A DNA stretch of 64,000 bases from an uncultured Acidobacteriota bacterium (GCA_963741955.1 CAVUKB010000005.1:992001-1056000); one strand, 5' to 3'. Shown: positions 45,939-57,054, counted from the first letter of the stretch. Notes: generated by a model not told the origin, from the sequence alone. Made by a program: numbers and translations.

Positions 45939-46556
45939 TCAGCCGTGCTTCACGACGATGTTCTCGACCAGGTTCGCAACGTCCTCTGCCCGATCGGTCG
46001 TTTCTTCAAGGAGACGGTAGACTTCCCGCCATTTGATGATCTCGATCGGGTCCTTCTCCTCGCGGAAAAGACGTCCGACCGATTCGCGATAGATGCCGTC
46101 CGCTTCCTGCTCCAGCCGGTTGATCTCGATGGCCCGATCCATCACTCCGGTGCGCCGGTCGAGAGCCGCCATCGCGCGATGGATCTCTTCGCACTGCGCG
46201 GTGATCACGCGTGTGAGCCCCGCCAGCCCCGGCCGCAATCTGCGGATCTCGTAAAGTGGGAAGAGCGCTGCCGCGGCGTCCATCACGTCCATCACGTCGT
46301 CCAGTGCGAGCGCGAGCGAGTGGATGTCCTCGCGATCGATCGGAGTGACGAACGTCTGGTTCAAGCGCCGGATGATCTCGTGCGTCACGTGATCGCACTC
46401 GTGCTCCAGCGCCTTGATCTCCGGCGCACGGCTGAAGTCGGGGGGATCCGACCCCAGCATCTCTTCGAGTATCTTCGCCGCCTTCCCGAGCTGCGCGGCC
46501 ATGGTCATGAAGTCGTCGAAAAACTTCACGTCTTTCGGGATCAGCCGAAAGCCCAT
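45939..46556 (-). CDS. DUF47 phosphate-transport regulator (Pit accessory)
   Basis: EHECD, FVTPIDREDI, EQEAD; adjacent to pit. Confidence 0.9.
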   Translation of the reverse strand: MGFRLIPKDVKFFDDFMTMAAQLGKAAKILEEMLGSDPPDFSRAPEIKALEHECDHVTHEIIRRLNQTFVTPIDREDIHSLALALDDVMDVMDAAAALFPLYEIRRLRPGLAGLTRVITAQCEEIHRAMAALDRRTGVMDRAIEINRLEQEADGIYRESVGRLFREEKDPIEIIKWREVYRLLEETTDRAEDVANLVENIVVKHG

Positions 46557-46565
46557 CGATTCACC

Positions 46566-47270
46566 TCACCCTGGTTCCTGATTCGGGGAGTGCGATCCGC
46601 GCTTCAGCAGTTCGGACTCCGCCATGTGTTTGATCGAACGACCTTCGACGAGGTACACCACCATCTCGGCGATGTTGGTCGCCCCGTCCGCCATCCTCTC
46701 GAAGTACTTCCCGATGAACGTGAGCCGGATTGCCCTCGAGATGTTCCTCGGATCCTCGAGCATGTACGTGAGCAGCTCGCGGAAGACCACCTCGGTGAGA
46801 CGATCCACGTCGTCGTCCCGGCGAATCACGTCTCGAGCGAGATCCGCATCGAGTTTCACGAACGAATCGATCGAGAGCTTCACCATCTCCTGCGCATTCG
46901 AAGCGAGGACCGGCAGATCGATGAACGGCTTGAGCTGCGGCTCGCGGTTCAGCTCCACCGCACGCTCGCAGACGTCCTGGGCGAGATCGGCGATCCGCTC
47001 CAGCTCCGGGGTGATCTTCATGATCGCCGCGATCGCGCGAAGGTCCACCGCCGTTGGTTGCACGGTCGCTATCAGCTCCATCGTTTTCGCGTCGATCTCC
47101 AGCTCGAGACGATCGATCACGTCGTCTTCACCGATCACCCGTTCCGCCAGCTCGGAATCGCGCTCGAGGAGGGCCTGAATCGATCGTTCCATCGCTCGCT
47201 GGACGAGCGCGCCCATCTCGAGCAGGTGCTGCTCGAGCTCCTCGATCTCTTTTTCGAAGTGCCGTTTCAT
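46566..47270 (-). CDS. phoU: Phosphate signalling protein PhoU
   Basis: QPTAVDLR, ELERIADLA, DDDVD, FERMADGATNIAE. Confidence 0.93.
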   Translation of the reverse strand: MKRHFEKEIEELEQHLLEMGALVQRAMERSIQALLERDSELAERVIGEDDVIDRLELEIDAKTMELIATVQPTAVDLRAIAAIMKITPELERIADLAQDVCERAVELNREPQLKPFIDLPVLASNAQEMVKLSIDSFVKLDADLARDVIRRDDDVDRLTEVVFRELLTYMLEDPRNISRAIRLTFIGKYFERMADGATNIAEMVVYLVEGRSIKHMAESELLKRGSHSPNQEPG

Positions 47271-47318
47271 CCCTCCGCGCCTCCGAAGCCCAGGAGATCC
47301 CGAAACGGCATCTGCTGC

Positions 47319-48284
47319 TCAGTGACCGCCGGCATATTTCTTCTCTCCTGCGGTGATGTCGAGCGGCAGCCGGTTCTCCGGGGGAGGAAGCGGGCAGGTC
47401 GCGAACTCGGTGAACGCACACGGGGGGTTGTACGCCTTGTTGAAGTCGAGGATGGTCGTTCCATCCGGACCGGGAGGCGCCGCGTAAAGATACCGCCCCG
47501 CTCCATACGTCTCTTTTCCGCTGGTCCGGTCCGCGACGATGATGAACAGGTCCGTCGTCCCCTCTTCGTTGACCGGATCGATCCGGTAGGTCTTCCCGTC
47601 GCGTTCGAATTCGAGCGCGCCGGGTGAGCTCATGTTCTCCACCATCCCGAGCACGTTCACGATGGCGATCTTCTTCGGCGGGTCGTACGGGAGGAACCGC
47701 GCGCGGAAGCGCCACGAGGGATCGATCGGAAAATAGTCGAGGCCACGAAATCCGGTCCGCGTCTGACTGAGGCTGTTCTTGACCCGGATGGCGATCTTCC
47801 CGCCGCGCTCGATCGGATAGAACTGCAGCGTCCCGAGCTGCAACGCAGTCGGATTCCCGGAGGCATCCGTCGCGAGGTCGAGCTCCGTCACCGGAGCGCC
47901 GTCGCGAGTCACTCCGGCATTCGGAGCGGCCTTGAAATGGATTTTCCCGTCCTGAACCAGGAAGGTGCCGACGTCGGGCGGTGCGGCGTTCTTCGGGAGC
48001 TCGACGACGCTTCCGTCCTTCGATCCGACCGAGTTGGCGCCGGGCTGCAGCCAGTAGAGGCCGATCAGAGTCAGCCAGCCGTCTTCGCTGGTGAGCGAAG
48101 CCAGGCGGTCGGAACGCCACTTCTCGATCTCTTTCTGGTACGCCGCATCGGGCGCCGGCTTGAATGCTGCGCGGTCGACCCGGTCTGGCCCCGGCTCACG
48201 GTTACACGACGCGATCGTCAGGATGACTCCACACGCCAGAGTCACGGTCCCCAGACCGGCGATCACATCTTTCCATCGCATCAT
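47319..48284 (-). CDS. DUF1684-domain lipoprotein
   Basis: Lipobox IASC; GWLTLIGLYW, TYGAGRYL, LDFNKAYNPPCAFT.FATCPLPPPENRL. Confidence 0.88.
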   Translation of the reverse strand: MMRWKDVIAGLGTVTLACGVILTIASCNREPGPDRVDRAAFKPAPDAAYQKEIEKWRSDRLASLTSEDGWLTLIGLYWLQPGANSVGSKDGSVVELPKNAAPPDVGTFLVQDGKIHFKAAPNAGVTRDGAPVTELDLATDASGNPTALQLGTLQFYPIERGGKIAIRVKNSLSQTRTGFRGLDYFPIDPSWRFRARFLPYDPPKKIAIVNVLGMVENMSSPGALEFERDGKTYRIDPVNEEGTTDLFIIVADRTSGKETYGAGRYLYAAPPGPDGTTILDFNKAYNPPCAFTEFATCPLPPPENRLPLDITAGEKKYAGGH

Positions 48285-48411
48285 TCGGCGCTCCTTTTCC
48301 GGGCGTGAGCCGCACGCGGAGTCTATCACCGCGCGAGGACAATTTACCCTGAACCCAGCCTGTTCCATCATCCTCGCAGGGGTGGAAGAGTCCTGCACAT
48401 CGTAGCGAAGC

Positions 48412-49242
48412 TCACTTCCCCACCAGACTGCGGAACTGTTTCAGGTGGTAGAGAGCCTTCCTTCCTTCGCCGCTCTTCTCGTAGAGGAGCGAAAGGTTGT
48501 AGTGGGCGTCGGCGAGCGCGGGATCCGCGTCGAGGCTCAGGAGATAATGCTCGATCGCACCGCGCGTCTCTCCCCGATCCTGGAGTACCACGCCGAGGTT
48601 GAACTCGATCGTCATATCTCCGGGGCGGGACCGCCGGGCGCTCCGGTAGTGGTCCTCTGCCGCCGCGAGATCACCTCGCTCGTGGAGCAGTCGCCCCAGG
48701 TTCAGGTGTGCATCCGCGTGGCCGGGATCGATCTCCAGCGCCCTCCGGTATGCGTCCGACGCGTCGGATGAACCGGTCATTTCGAGTCCGCAGCCCAACT
48801 CGTACCAGCCGTCTGCGTCGAGATCGTCTTCGCCACTCCGGGCGCGATCTGCGGCGCGGCGGACAACGGGTTCGGCGCGCCGGGCGAGATCCGCGACCGC
48901 GAAATCGAACAGCACCTGACCCGATTCCGGGCTCCAGAGCGCTCCGTCGTCCTGCACCACCACCCGGTCCCCGGCAGCGGCGATGCGGACCGCAGTCAGC
49001 GGCCGGCCGGCCGGCAGACGCCGCCGAAGCGCTTCGAGCGCAGCGCGGATACGTCGGGCCGGCACGTTCGCAGCCCTCAGCTCACGCGCCGTACGCAACA
49101 TCACCAGATCGTGAAAATCGAAACGATACTCGCCGCGACTCCCCCGCTCCACCGTCACGAGGCCACTCCGCGCGAACGCCCGAACCTCCGCCGGAGTGAC
49201 TCCGAGCATCTCCGCAACTTCGCGTGACGTGTAGCCTTTCAT
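48412..49242 (-). CDS. MerR-type HTH plus TPR protein
   Basis: YTSREVAEMLG..YRFDFHDL; TPRs (DAHLNLG, FNLGVVL, DAHYNLS). Confidence 0.85.
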   Translation of the reverse strand: MKGYTSREVAEMLGVTPAEVRAFARSGLVTVERGSRGEYRFDFHDLVMLRTARELRAANVPARRIRAALEALRRRLPAGRPLTAVRIAAAGDRVVVQDDGALWSPESGQVLFDFAVADLARRAEPVVRRAADRARSGEDDLDADGWYELGCGLEMTGSSDASDAYRRALEIDPGHADAHLNLGRLLHERGDLAAAEDHYRSARRSRPGDMTIEFNLGVVLQDRGETRGAIEHYLLSLDADPALADAHYNLSLLYEKSGEGRKALYHLKQFRSLVGK

Positions 49243-49434
49243 CGCCGTCGGTCCCTGGACCCGGAGACCCGAAGGTCACCTCGTGAGATCTTTGCACAGC
49301 CGCCACTCCGGAGAGAAGTCGTGGACGGTTCGCTCCCGGCACTCGTATGACAGGCATCCGGGATCCGACATGTGGTATCTCTGGAACCCGCTCTCGGAGA
49401 TCGTGTCCGGAAAGTCAACTCGAGGAGAACCCCT

Positions 49435-50520
49435 ATGCGCTCGATATTCACCGCAGCCGCCGCACTCATCCTTCTCTCTGCGCCCCTCGCTCTCGGCAGC
49501 AGCATCGACTTCGTGATCCCCGCCGCGGGAACGGGCGCCGGGGCCGGAGGGAGCCGGTGGCAGAGTGAGATCACCCTTCACAACGTCAGTCCCTCCCCGA
49601 TCGAACTGACCATGACGCTCCACGACGGGAACGGAGCCGGCCCCGCGGTCACCCGGACGCTGCCGGCCAACGCGACAGTCTCGTATCCCGACATTTTCAA
49701 GAACACCTTCAATCGCGACTCCGGAACGGGCGCCATCGCGATCGACCTCGCCGACGATTCTGTGGTACGGAAGATCGCCATCGCCAGCCGCACGTTCAAC
49801 AAATCCGGCGATGGCGAATACGGGCAGGACATTCCGGCGGTCATCGTCAACGAAGCACTCCTTCCCGGTTCAACCGGCGTGCTCGTCGCCCCCTCGGATG
49901 TGGTGAACTTCCGCTACAACTTCGGCATCTTCGCCCTCGCCGAATCCGACGTCATCTGGAAAGTCGTACGGAAGGATGGGAAGATCGTTTCCCAGGTCGC
50001 CGGACACTACAACGCGGGAGTTCAGGTTCAGTACAACGGCGGGGTCCAGAATTTTCTGGGACAGCCTCCGGAAGACAACGACACGATCCGGGTATACGTG
50101 CAGAGCGGCTCGGTCATGATCTACGGAAGCATCGTCGATCAGAGAACGGGCGACCCGACGTACGTTCCGATGGTGCGGACCCGCATCAACGGGACGCTCG
50201 AGTTTCTCGGCGTCGACATGAACGAAGATGGACTGGCCGACAACGAGGACCTGAACTACGACGGTACCCTCGACAAGCCGATCGACATCTTCACCGGGAG
50301 TTTTCCGAACTTCTTCCGCGTGATCGCCAACGACCCCGACGGCAATCCCATCACGTACACCATCGTCGATCCAACCACGGATATGCGGTTGATCGACGAT
50401 CAGGGGACCGTGCAGTGGGTACCGTTCACCGGCCTCGCCGGAACGATGGGCGAGATCCGCCTCCACGCGACGAGCGGCGGCGAGAGCGCGGAGCTGATCG
50501 TCCCGGTCCGGTTTCGATAG
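49435..50520 (+). CDS. Secreted protein with putative Ca-binding DxDxDG loops and C-terminal Ig-like domain
   Basis: Signal peptide; IPAAG..GAGGSRWQSEITLHN; DMNEDGLAD and DLNYDGTLD; DPDGNPITY. Confidence 0.7.
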   Translation: MRSIFTAAAALILLSAPLALGSSIDFVIPAAGTGAGAGGSRWQSEITLHNVSPSPIELTMTLHDGNGAGPAVTRTLPANATVSYPDIFKNTFNRDSGTGAIAIDLADDSVVRKIAIASRTFNKSGDGEYGQDIPAVIVNEALLPGSTGVLVAPSDVVNFRYNFGIFALAESDVIWKVVRKDGKIVSQVAGHYNAGVQVQYNGGVQNFLGQPPEDNDTIRVYVQSGSVMIYGSIVDQRTGDPTYVPMVRTRINGTLEFLGVDMNEDGLADNEDLNYDGTLDKPIDIFTGSFPNFFRVIANDPDGNPITYTIVDPTTDMRLIDDQGTVQWVPFTGLAGTMGEIRLHATSGGESAELIVPVRFR

Positions 50521-50577
50521 AGGGTCGGGGGTCGGGGCTCGGGGCTCGCTCCTCTCCCATGCGACAATACCCCTCTC

Positions 50578-52065
50578 ATGACCCAGCATGCCTTCTCTTC
50601 CGGACAGTCGCTCGCGCTCACGACGGACCTGTACGAACTGACCATGGCCTACGGCTACTGGAAGGAGAAGAAGCACCAGCAGGAAGTCGTGTTCAATCTC
50701 TTCTTCCGCAACAATCCGTTCGGCGGCGGCTTCACCATCAGTTGCGGTCTCGCGCCGCTCGCCGAGTACATCCGTGCGTTCCGCTTCTCCGACGATGACC
50801 TCGGCTACCTGGAAACCCTGAAAGGGAACGACGAGCGTCCTCTGTTCGACCGGGAGTTTCTCGACATGCTCTCCGGACTGGAGCTCGCGTGCGACATCGA
50901 CGCGATCCCCGAAGGGACGGTGGTCTTCCCGTACGAACCGCTGCTACGGGTGAAGGGTTCGATCCTCGAGGCACAGATCCTCGAGAGCGTGATGCTGAAC
51001 GTGATGAACTTCCAGTCGCTCATCGCGACGAAGGCGGCGCGGATCGAGATCGCAGCGGGGGGCGAGCCGATCCTCGAGTTCGGGCTTCGACGGGCACAGG
51101 GACTGGACGGTGCCCTCTCGGCCTCGCGTGCGGCGTACGTAGGAGGCGCAGTTGCGACCTCGAATCTTCTGGCTGGAAAACTCTACGGGATCCCGGTCGC
51201 CGGCACGCACGCCCACAGCTGGGTCATGCTCTTCCCCGACGAGCTCGACGCGTTTCAATCGTGGGCGCGTTCGCTCCCGAACAACTGTGTCTTCCTCGTG
51301 GACACGTATGACACGATGGCCGGTATCCGGCACGCCATCGACGCCGGTCGCTGGCTCGAGGCTCACGGCCACCGGATGATCGGCATCCGGCTCGACTCAG
51401 GAGATCTCGCCTATCTCTCGATCGAAGCGCGGAAAATGCTCGATGCGGCCGGATTCACCGGAGCTTCCATCGTCGCCAGCAACGAGCTCGACGAAGAGAT
51501 CATCACCAGCCTCAAGCTGCAGGGAGCGAAGATCAACGTCTGGGGCGTCGGGACCCGGCTGGTGACCGGCTGGGGTCAGCCGGCGCTCGGAGGAATCTAC
51601 AAGCTCACCGCGGTTCGCGACGCGAAGGGCGAATGGGAGCACAAGCTGAAGGTCTCCGAGGAATCCGCGAAGATCTCTACGCCCGGGATCCTGCAGGTGC
51701 GGCGATTCTTCACCGAAAGCGAGAACGTGGGAGACATGATCTTCGATGAACTGTTGCCTCCCGCGGGCGCACCGACCATGATCCATCCGACGGACATGAC
51801 CCGCAGGAAGAGTTTCGGCCGAACCACGTCGCACGAAGATCTCCTCGTGCCGCTCTTTCGCCATGGGCAGCTGGTCAGTGACAGCCCTTCACTCCAGGAG
51901 ATTCGTGAACGGGTGGTCCGCCAGCTGAAGATGTTCCATCCCGGGATCAAGCGATTCGTCAATCCACACGTCTACCCCGTCGGACTCGAGCAGCAGCTCC
52001 ACAAGTTGAAGACGGACCTGATTCTGACTATGAGGGAGCGGCCGCCGGCAGACGCCGCCGAGTGA
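50578..52065 (+). CDS. pncB: Nicotinate phosphoribosyltransferase
   Basis: [38 protein letters not shown]. Confidence 0.95.
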   Translation: MTQHAFSSGQSLALTTDLYELTMAYGYWKEKKHQQEVVFNLFFRNNPFGGGFTISCGLAPLAEYIRAFRFSDDDLGYLETLKGNDERPLFDREFLDMLSGLELACDIDAIPEGTVVFPYEPLLRVKGSILEAQILESVMLNVMNFQSLIATKAARIEIAAGGEPILEFGLRRAQGLDGALSASRAAYVGGAVATSNLLAGKLYGIPVAGTHAHSWVMLFPDELDAFQSWARSLPNNCVFLVDTYDTMAGIRHAIDAGRWLEAHGHRMIGIRLDSGDLAYLSIEARKMLDAAGFTGASIVASNELDEEIITSLKLQGAKINVWGVGTRLVTGWGQPALGGIYKLTAVRDAKGEWEHKLKVSEESAKISTPGILQVRRFFTESENVGDMIFDELLPPAGAPTMIHPTDMTRRKSFGRTTSHEDLLVPLFRHGQLVSDSPSLQEIRERVVRQLKMFHPGIKRFVNPHVYPVGLEQQLHKLKTDLILTMRERPPADAAE

Positions 52066-52072
52066 CGGACGA

Positions 52073-53791
52073 TCACCTCCGATTGGAGGCACGGTCCTGG
52101 TCGGATGAGCCGATGATGGACTGTGCTGCGAATCCCGTCGAGTGCGAGACGAAGTCGAGAACTCCGACACTGATCCGGCTCGTCGCGACGTCGCCGGAAA
52201 GCTGGAGCACGAGCCTCACTTCCTTCCTCCGCTCGGCAGCGGACGCGGCGAAGCGGAACTGCTGATGTCGTTTGTCGACCTTCGAAACGCTTCCGTCCTT
52301 CCGGAGGAAGCCGATGTAAAGGTCGAACTGACCGGTGAGATCGTCTCCGTCCGGAATGAGCGTCAGGCTGTCCATCGGAATGACGATCTCCAGCGGCATG
52401 CTCATCTTCCGCCCCGAAACCCGGGGGGCTCCGACGTGCAACGCGATCTTCATTTCGTTTCCGCGGGCCGGATAGAAGAGGTTCGCGGCCACGGCATCGC
52501 GCAGGTCCGATTCGAGCGAGCGCTCCACCAGGGAGCGGCGGGAACGAACCCGGTAGTCGGGATTCTTCACCCGGACCTCGAGCGACCGGACCCGGTCGAC
52601 CTTCTCTCCGGACGCGCGGTATCCGAGCGAGTAGTAGCTGCTGAAGTCCTTCCGGATGGTGTCGAGCGCGAGCTCGAAGTTGTTCGAACCGACCACGGCG
52701 ATCCCGCCGGTCGCACTGGCGAGAGCGCGCAACGGCTGGGCATCGTTGACCGCCTTGAGGTTCGACGCACCTCGAACCGCGATCTGCATGTCCATCTCCA
52801 GACGTGGATTGACGTCTGCGGCTCCATCGCTCGCGGACGAACCCGCCTGGATCGGATAGATCGTGAAGCCGCTCGCATTCGCGATGTCACTGATCGATTG
52901 AATCTCGTGCTCCGCGCTGTAGCGGTTCGCGTCCGAGATTGCTGAGCGGCTCCGGCCATCCTTGAACCGCTCCCGGATACCGTCGATGAATTCGAACATC
53001 TCCAGGCCCGGCTGGGCGGGAAGCGACTCGGTCATGAAGACCAGAATCTTCTTTCCATCCACGGCTGCCATCGACGCCATCAGCGCGTTCATCGCCCCCG
53101 TCGTCGCCCTCTCGTCCCGGAAGACGGCGTCGGCGTACTGACGTGCCTCCCTCAATCCTTCTTCCATCAGCGGTTTCTCTCCACCCATCATCTTCGCCTG
53201 TTCGAAAACGTCCAGGACCCGCTCCTGGGCGTCGGAGAGACGTCGCACCCGTTCCGCTCCGCTGGTGGTGGTCGAGGAGAGCCGTTCGAGGATGTGATGC
53301 GCCGCGTTCACGTCGGTGGTGAACGGGAGCTCGATCTTCAGGTCGTGATTCCAGGAGACGATCATCACTTCGTCCGACGGACGCATGGCCTGGCGGACGA
53401 AATCGTCGAGCGCAGGAAAGATCCGGTTCCGGTTGAACGGGTGGAGGGTCGATTCGTCGACGAAAAGCACGATCCGGCGGCGGCGTTCCTCGACCGGCTC
53501 CTGCTCCGCGACCGGTTGCGTCTCGGCAGGAGCGGCGTCGGTCTGCGGCGGCTTTTCGGACGGCTTCACTTCGAAGAAGTTCGTGATCGGTATCTGATGG
53601 CCGTTCTCGATCAGCTCGAAGTCGTCCTTCGTGAGCCCGTGTACCGGCCGTCCCTTCCGATCGGTGACGACCGCATCCACGTTGATGATGCGTACGTCGA
53701 TCGTCTCGACGTAGGGCATCGGCTTCTCCTGTGCGGCCGCCAGGGACGCGAGGAGAACGGCCGGAGCGAACCAGAGCACCATTCTCTTCAT
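52073..53791 (-). CDS. Secreted VWA-domain protein (Acidobacterial VWFA-related)
   Basis: VDAVVTDRKGRPVHGLTKDDF..ENG, TGG, YYSLGY. Confidence 0.85.
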   Translation of the reverse strand: MKRMVLWFAPAVLLASLAAAQEKPMPYVETIDVRIINVDAVVTDRKGRPVHGLTKDDFELIENGHQIPITNFFEVKPSEKPPQTDAAPAETQPVAEQEPVEERRRRIVLFVDESTLHPFNRNRIFPALDDFVRQAMRPSDEVMIVSWNHDLKIELPFTTDVNAAHHILERLSSTTTSGAERVRRLSDAQERVLDVFEQAKMMGGEKPLMEEGLREARQYADAVFRDERATTGAMNALMASMAAVDGKKILVFMTESLPAQPGLEMFEFIDGIRERFKDGRSRSAISDANRYSAEHEIQSISDIANASGFTIYPIQAGSSASDGAADVNPRLEMDMQIAVRGASNLKAVNDAQPLRALASATGGIAVVGSNNFELALDTIRKDFSSYYSLGYRASGEKVDRVRSLEVRVKNPDYRVRSRRSLVERSLESDLRDAVAANLFYPARGNEMKIALHVGAPRVSGRKMSMPLEIVIPMDSLTLIPDGDDLTGQFDLYIGFLRKDGSVSKVDKRHQQFRFAASAAERRKEVRLVLQLSGDVATSRISVGVLDFVSHSTGFAAQSIIGSSDQDRASNRR

Positions 53792-53882
53792 TGGGGTTCT
53801 CTTTGCGACCATCGTACTACGAGACCGTCTGCAGCCTTTCTACGGAACGGAAACGTTTTCGTTTCGGTGGCCGGCGGCGGAA

Positions 53883-54833
53883 TCAACGGGAACGGATGAA
53901 GCGGGCGATGGATCGGGCGAGCTCCGGCTCGGATCCGTGGAATCCGTGATCGGTATCGGAAAGGATGCGGAACGTGAATTTCCGCGGGACCGGGGCGTAC
54001 TTCCGCATCGCCTCCATGCAACCCTCGACGTCTCCGTAGCAGAATTCGTCGTTCTCCCCGAACACTACCAGCGTCGGTTTGCGGATGGTGCGGTACTCGA
54101 GGAACGGTGTTTTCCGGGAAAGACGTGGCCCCCGGGTGACTTCGAGAAACGGGAAGACGTTGTAGTCACCGTCGGGGTTGATGGTGTCGTACATCGAGGC
54201 CCACGACATCAGGTATGGCGAGACCCATCGCGGAACGAGTTTCTCGCCGCGACCCCGATCGACCTCCTCCCGGCACCGCTCGAGCGCCCGGCGGAAGCGT
54301 TCGGGACCCGCCGCGGCGTAATAGAGACCGGTGTCGTCCCCCGGCCCGAGCAGCACGTAGCGCGTCGCGCGATTCCTCGGTTTGAGCGCGTTGTAGACGC
54401 AGATCTTGTTCGCTCCCGTCGAATGTCCGACCAGATGAAATCGCTCGTACCCTTCCTTCCGGAGCATGGAGATCGCGCCGTCGATGTCGTGTACGCAGTC
54501 GCGAATCAGCTCGTATGCCGTCCCCCCGAGCACCCGTTCGCTCTCGTCTCCCTTCGTCCGCTGCAGCCGTTTGACTTGCAGCGCACCGCGGTTGTTGAAG
54601 GCGAACCACGCGATCCCGCGACGGGTCAGCTCTTCGCCGAGAATGTTTGTCCGGCCCGCGTAGAAGACGGACGCGTCGCCGTTTCCGTGAAGGAAGATCG
54701 CCGCGTCGCGCGAGCGTCTTGCCGGCTCGTAGAGGAGCCCGGGGAGAACGACACCGTCGGTCGCCTGAAAGCGAATCAGGCGAAGCTTCACGCCGGCGTC
54801 GGCTCGCGGTTGTCGCGGTTTACGGATGCTCAC
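53883..54833 (-). CDS. Alpha/beta hydrolase (DUF1749-like)
   Basis: FLHGNG, GHSTG nucleophile elbow, GENDE, DHGF; GTGA overlap with the upstream stop. Confidence 0.85.
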   Translation of the reverse strand: MSIRKPRQPRADAGVKLRLIRFQATDGVVLPGLLYEPARRSRDAAIFLHGNGDASVFYAGRTNILGEELTRRGIAWFAFNNRGALQVKRLQRTKGDESERVLGGTAYELIRDCVHDIDGAISMLRKEGYERFHLVGHSTGANKICVYNALKPRNRATRYVLLGPGDDTGLYYAAAGPERFRRALERCREEVDRGRGEKLVPRWVSPYLMSWASMYDTINPDGDYNVFPFLEVTRGPRLSRKTPFLEYRTIRKPTLVVFGENDEFCYGDVEGCMEAMRKYAPVPRKFTFRILSDTDHGFHGSEPELARSIARFIRSR

Positions 54834-55732
54834 GGACGGCTCCGGGATGCGCGCCACTCTTCCCACTGTGAGTCGAGCGACGAGAGGAATGTCTTCGACT
54901 CGGGGTGCCATCCCAACCGCTCGCGGGTCGCCGCGCTCGAAACGTGCTGATCGACGGCGAGCGCGTCCGCAAAAGCTTCGCCGAGATCCCGTCTCGCAGC
55001 GTCGAGCGGCACCAGTTCGACAGCGGAATGATGCGACCCGGTCCGGGCGACCGCCTCTGCCATGGTTCGCATCGCGTCCCGCGTATCGTCCGTCGCGTGC
55101 AGGATTCCCGTTGCCCGCAGCTCGAGCGCCTTCACGTAGCATCGCGCCAGGTCGCGCACGTGGATCATCGCCCAGTGGTTCCGGCCATCGCCGACGACTC
55201 TCAGCGGCGACCCTTTCTCGGATCTGGCGAACCAATCTTCGAGCAGGCTCTGCGCGCCACCGTAAACGCATCCGGGCCGGATGACGGCAGTCTTCACTCC
55301 CTCTCCGGCTTCGAGCACCCGCGCCTCGTGAGGGGCACGCCACGCGGAGATCGGCAGAGGCCTGGTCGGGGAATCCTCGCGAACGGCGGCGTCTCCGGTA
55401 TTGCCGAAGATCCAGACGCCGGAGGTGTAGAGGAAGAAGGAGCCGGCGGGGGCGTGCTCGAGAACGACGTCGATGGTGAGACGGTCCAATTCGGAGGTCC
55501 GCCCCCCTCCGGCCATAGCGGTGTGGACGAACGCGTCGTGCCTCGAAAGGAGGTCTCCCATCCCGGGAAGCGACTCGAGCGACCCCTCGACGAGATCGAC
55601 GCCCGGAGCGGCGAGCGGAGCGGCGGAGCTGGCATCGCGGACGAGTCCAGTCACCTGATGGCCGGATCTCTGCAATTCGTTCAGAACGGCACGTCCGATC
55701 AGACCGGTCGTGCCGGTGAGGAAAATTTTCAT
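54830..55732 (-). CDS. NAD-dependent epimerase/dehydratase (atypical SDR)
   Basis: TGTTGLIG Rossmann motif, YTSGVW, IRPGCVYG, IHVRDLA. Confidence 0.9.
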   Translation of the reverse strand: MKIFLTGTTGLIGRAVLNELQRSGHQVTGLVRDASSAAPLAAPGVDLVEGSLESLPGMGDLLSRHDAFVHTAMAGGGRTSELDRLTIDVVLEHAPAGSFFLYTSGVWIFGNTGDAAVREDSPTRPLPISAWRAPHEARVLEAGEGVKTAVIRPGCVYGGAQSLLEDWFARSEKGSPLRVVGDGRNHWAMIHVRDLARCYVKALELRATGILHATDDTRDAMRTMAEAVARTGSHHSAVELVPLDAARRDLGEAFADALAVDQHVSSAATRERLGWHPESKTFLSSLDSQWEEWRASRSRP

Positions 55733-55754
55733 GAATCCTCCTGAAACCTCATTA

Positions 55755-55933
55755 GCCCGCTTTTCTCACACCGTCTCTGCTGCGGAGCCGGATAGCGGCC
55801 TGTCTACTATGTCGCGCACATCTTCGGCTTCTCGACATAGTCACCACTACGCCTTCGTCGCCGAAGCTGCGCGCGCCTTGCATCCAGGCTGCTCTCCGCC
55901 TCCTCGCGACGAGATGGTGTGAGAAATGCGGGC
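55755..55933. mobile_element. MITE-like element, long copy
   Basis: GCCCGCTTTTCTCACACCGTCTC..GAGATGGTGTGAGAAATGCGGGC ends; arms nearly identical to 35361-35482. Confidence 0.75.
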
Positions 55934-56031
55934 CAGGAATGCTGCACGGACGAGTCGATCCGGCCGGATGGGATTCTATCGGAGCCGGGAAGCGTTCTCA
56001 CCCGCAGTATCAATTCAACGATGGAAACCGA

Positions 56032-57054
56032 ATGATGAGATCGTCAAACAGATCGAGGTCGATTCTCGTCTCGCTCCTGGTGGCAGTGATGTTCCTGCTT
56101 CCGGCGATTGCGGGCGCCGAAGACGTCGACCAGAACAACTTCAATGTATCGATTTCGGTCGGATACGTCATGGTCCCGTTCGTCGTGACCGCCCCGGACG
56201 GCCGACCGGTCCGGAACGTGCACTCGCGGCAGGTCGAGCTGAGAGTGGACGGGAAACTGGTGCACACGGACATGTTCGAAAGGACGGATGACGCCCCGGT
56301 ATCTTTCACGATTCTGCTGGACACCTCCGGATCGATGGGGCTGGCCGGCAAGCTGGAAGGGGCCAAGGCAGCAGTGCGGACGCTGATCAAGCGGCAGGTC
56401 CTCGGTGACGAGTACTCCCTCTGGACGTTCGATTCGAAAAACGTCACCCAGCTCGTTCCCTTCACCCGTTCCGGAACGCGGATCATCCACGCCATCGATG
56501 GGGTCAAACCGTGGGGAAAGACGGCGTTTTTCGACGCAGTCGCGAAGATGCCCGATTACTCGACGCTCGGGACGAACGGATCGCGGGCGATCATCCTCCT
56601 CACGGACGGGCTCGATAACGCATCCCGCCTCTCCGCGGCCGAGCTCGCAGCCCGGCTGGAGGGAGTGGACGTGCCGATCTATCCGCTGGGACTGAGATTT
56701 CCGGAGCGCGAAGCGCGAGAGACGGAGCACGCAGCAGAGGCGCAGACGGACCTCGCGGTGCTTCAGCGAGTGGCCAGCATCTCCGGGGGTCGGGTCGCAA
56801 TTGCCGAAGATCCGGCCAGGCTCGAGTCCGCCGTCCACCTCATCGAACGGGATCTTCGGTCGCAATATCTGATCGGATTTACTCCTACGGGACAAGGTAC
56901 TGTAAAATACCGCCGCATTTCGCTGTACGCCGGGCAGGGTCGTCTGGTTCGTGTTCGGGCGGGGTATCGAGGGACTGCTCCGCCGCTTCGCGAAGCAGAC
57001 CAACGCTCGAGTGCTCGGAATTCTCAAAACGTGAAGAAAGGAAGTTTCGAATGA
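56032..57054 (+). CDS. Secreted VWA-domain protein with MIDAS motif
   Basis: LLDTSGSM, GKTAFFDAV, ILLTDG, QYLIGF. Confidence 0.88.
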   Translation: MMRSSNRSRSILVSLLVAVMFLLPAIAGAEDVDQNNFNVSISVGYVMVPFVVTAPDGRPVRNVHSRQVELRVDGKLVHTDMFERTDDAPVSFTILLDTSGSMGLAGKLEGAKAAVRTLIKRQVLGDEYSLWTFDSKNVTQLVPFTRSGTRIIHAIDGVKPWGKTAFFDAVAKMPDYSTLGTNGSRAIILLTDGLDNASRLSAAELAARLEGVDVPIYPLGLRFPEREARETEHAAEAQTDLAVLQRVASISGGRVAIAEDPARLESAVHLIERDLRSQYLIGFTPTGQGTVKYRRISLYAGQGRLVRVRAGYRGTAPPLREADQRSSARNSQNVKKGSFE

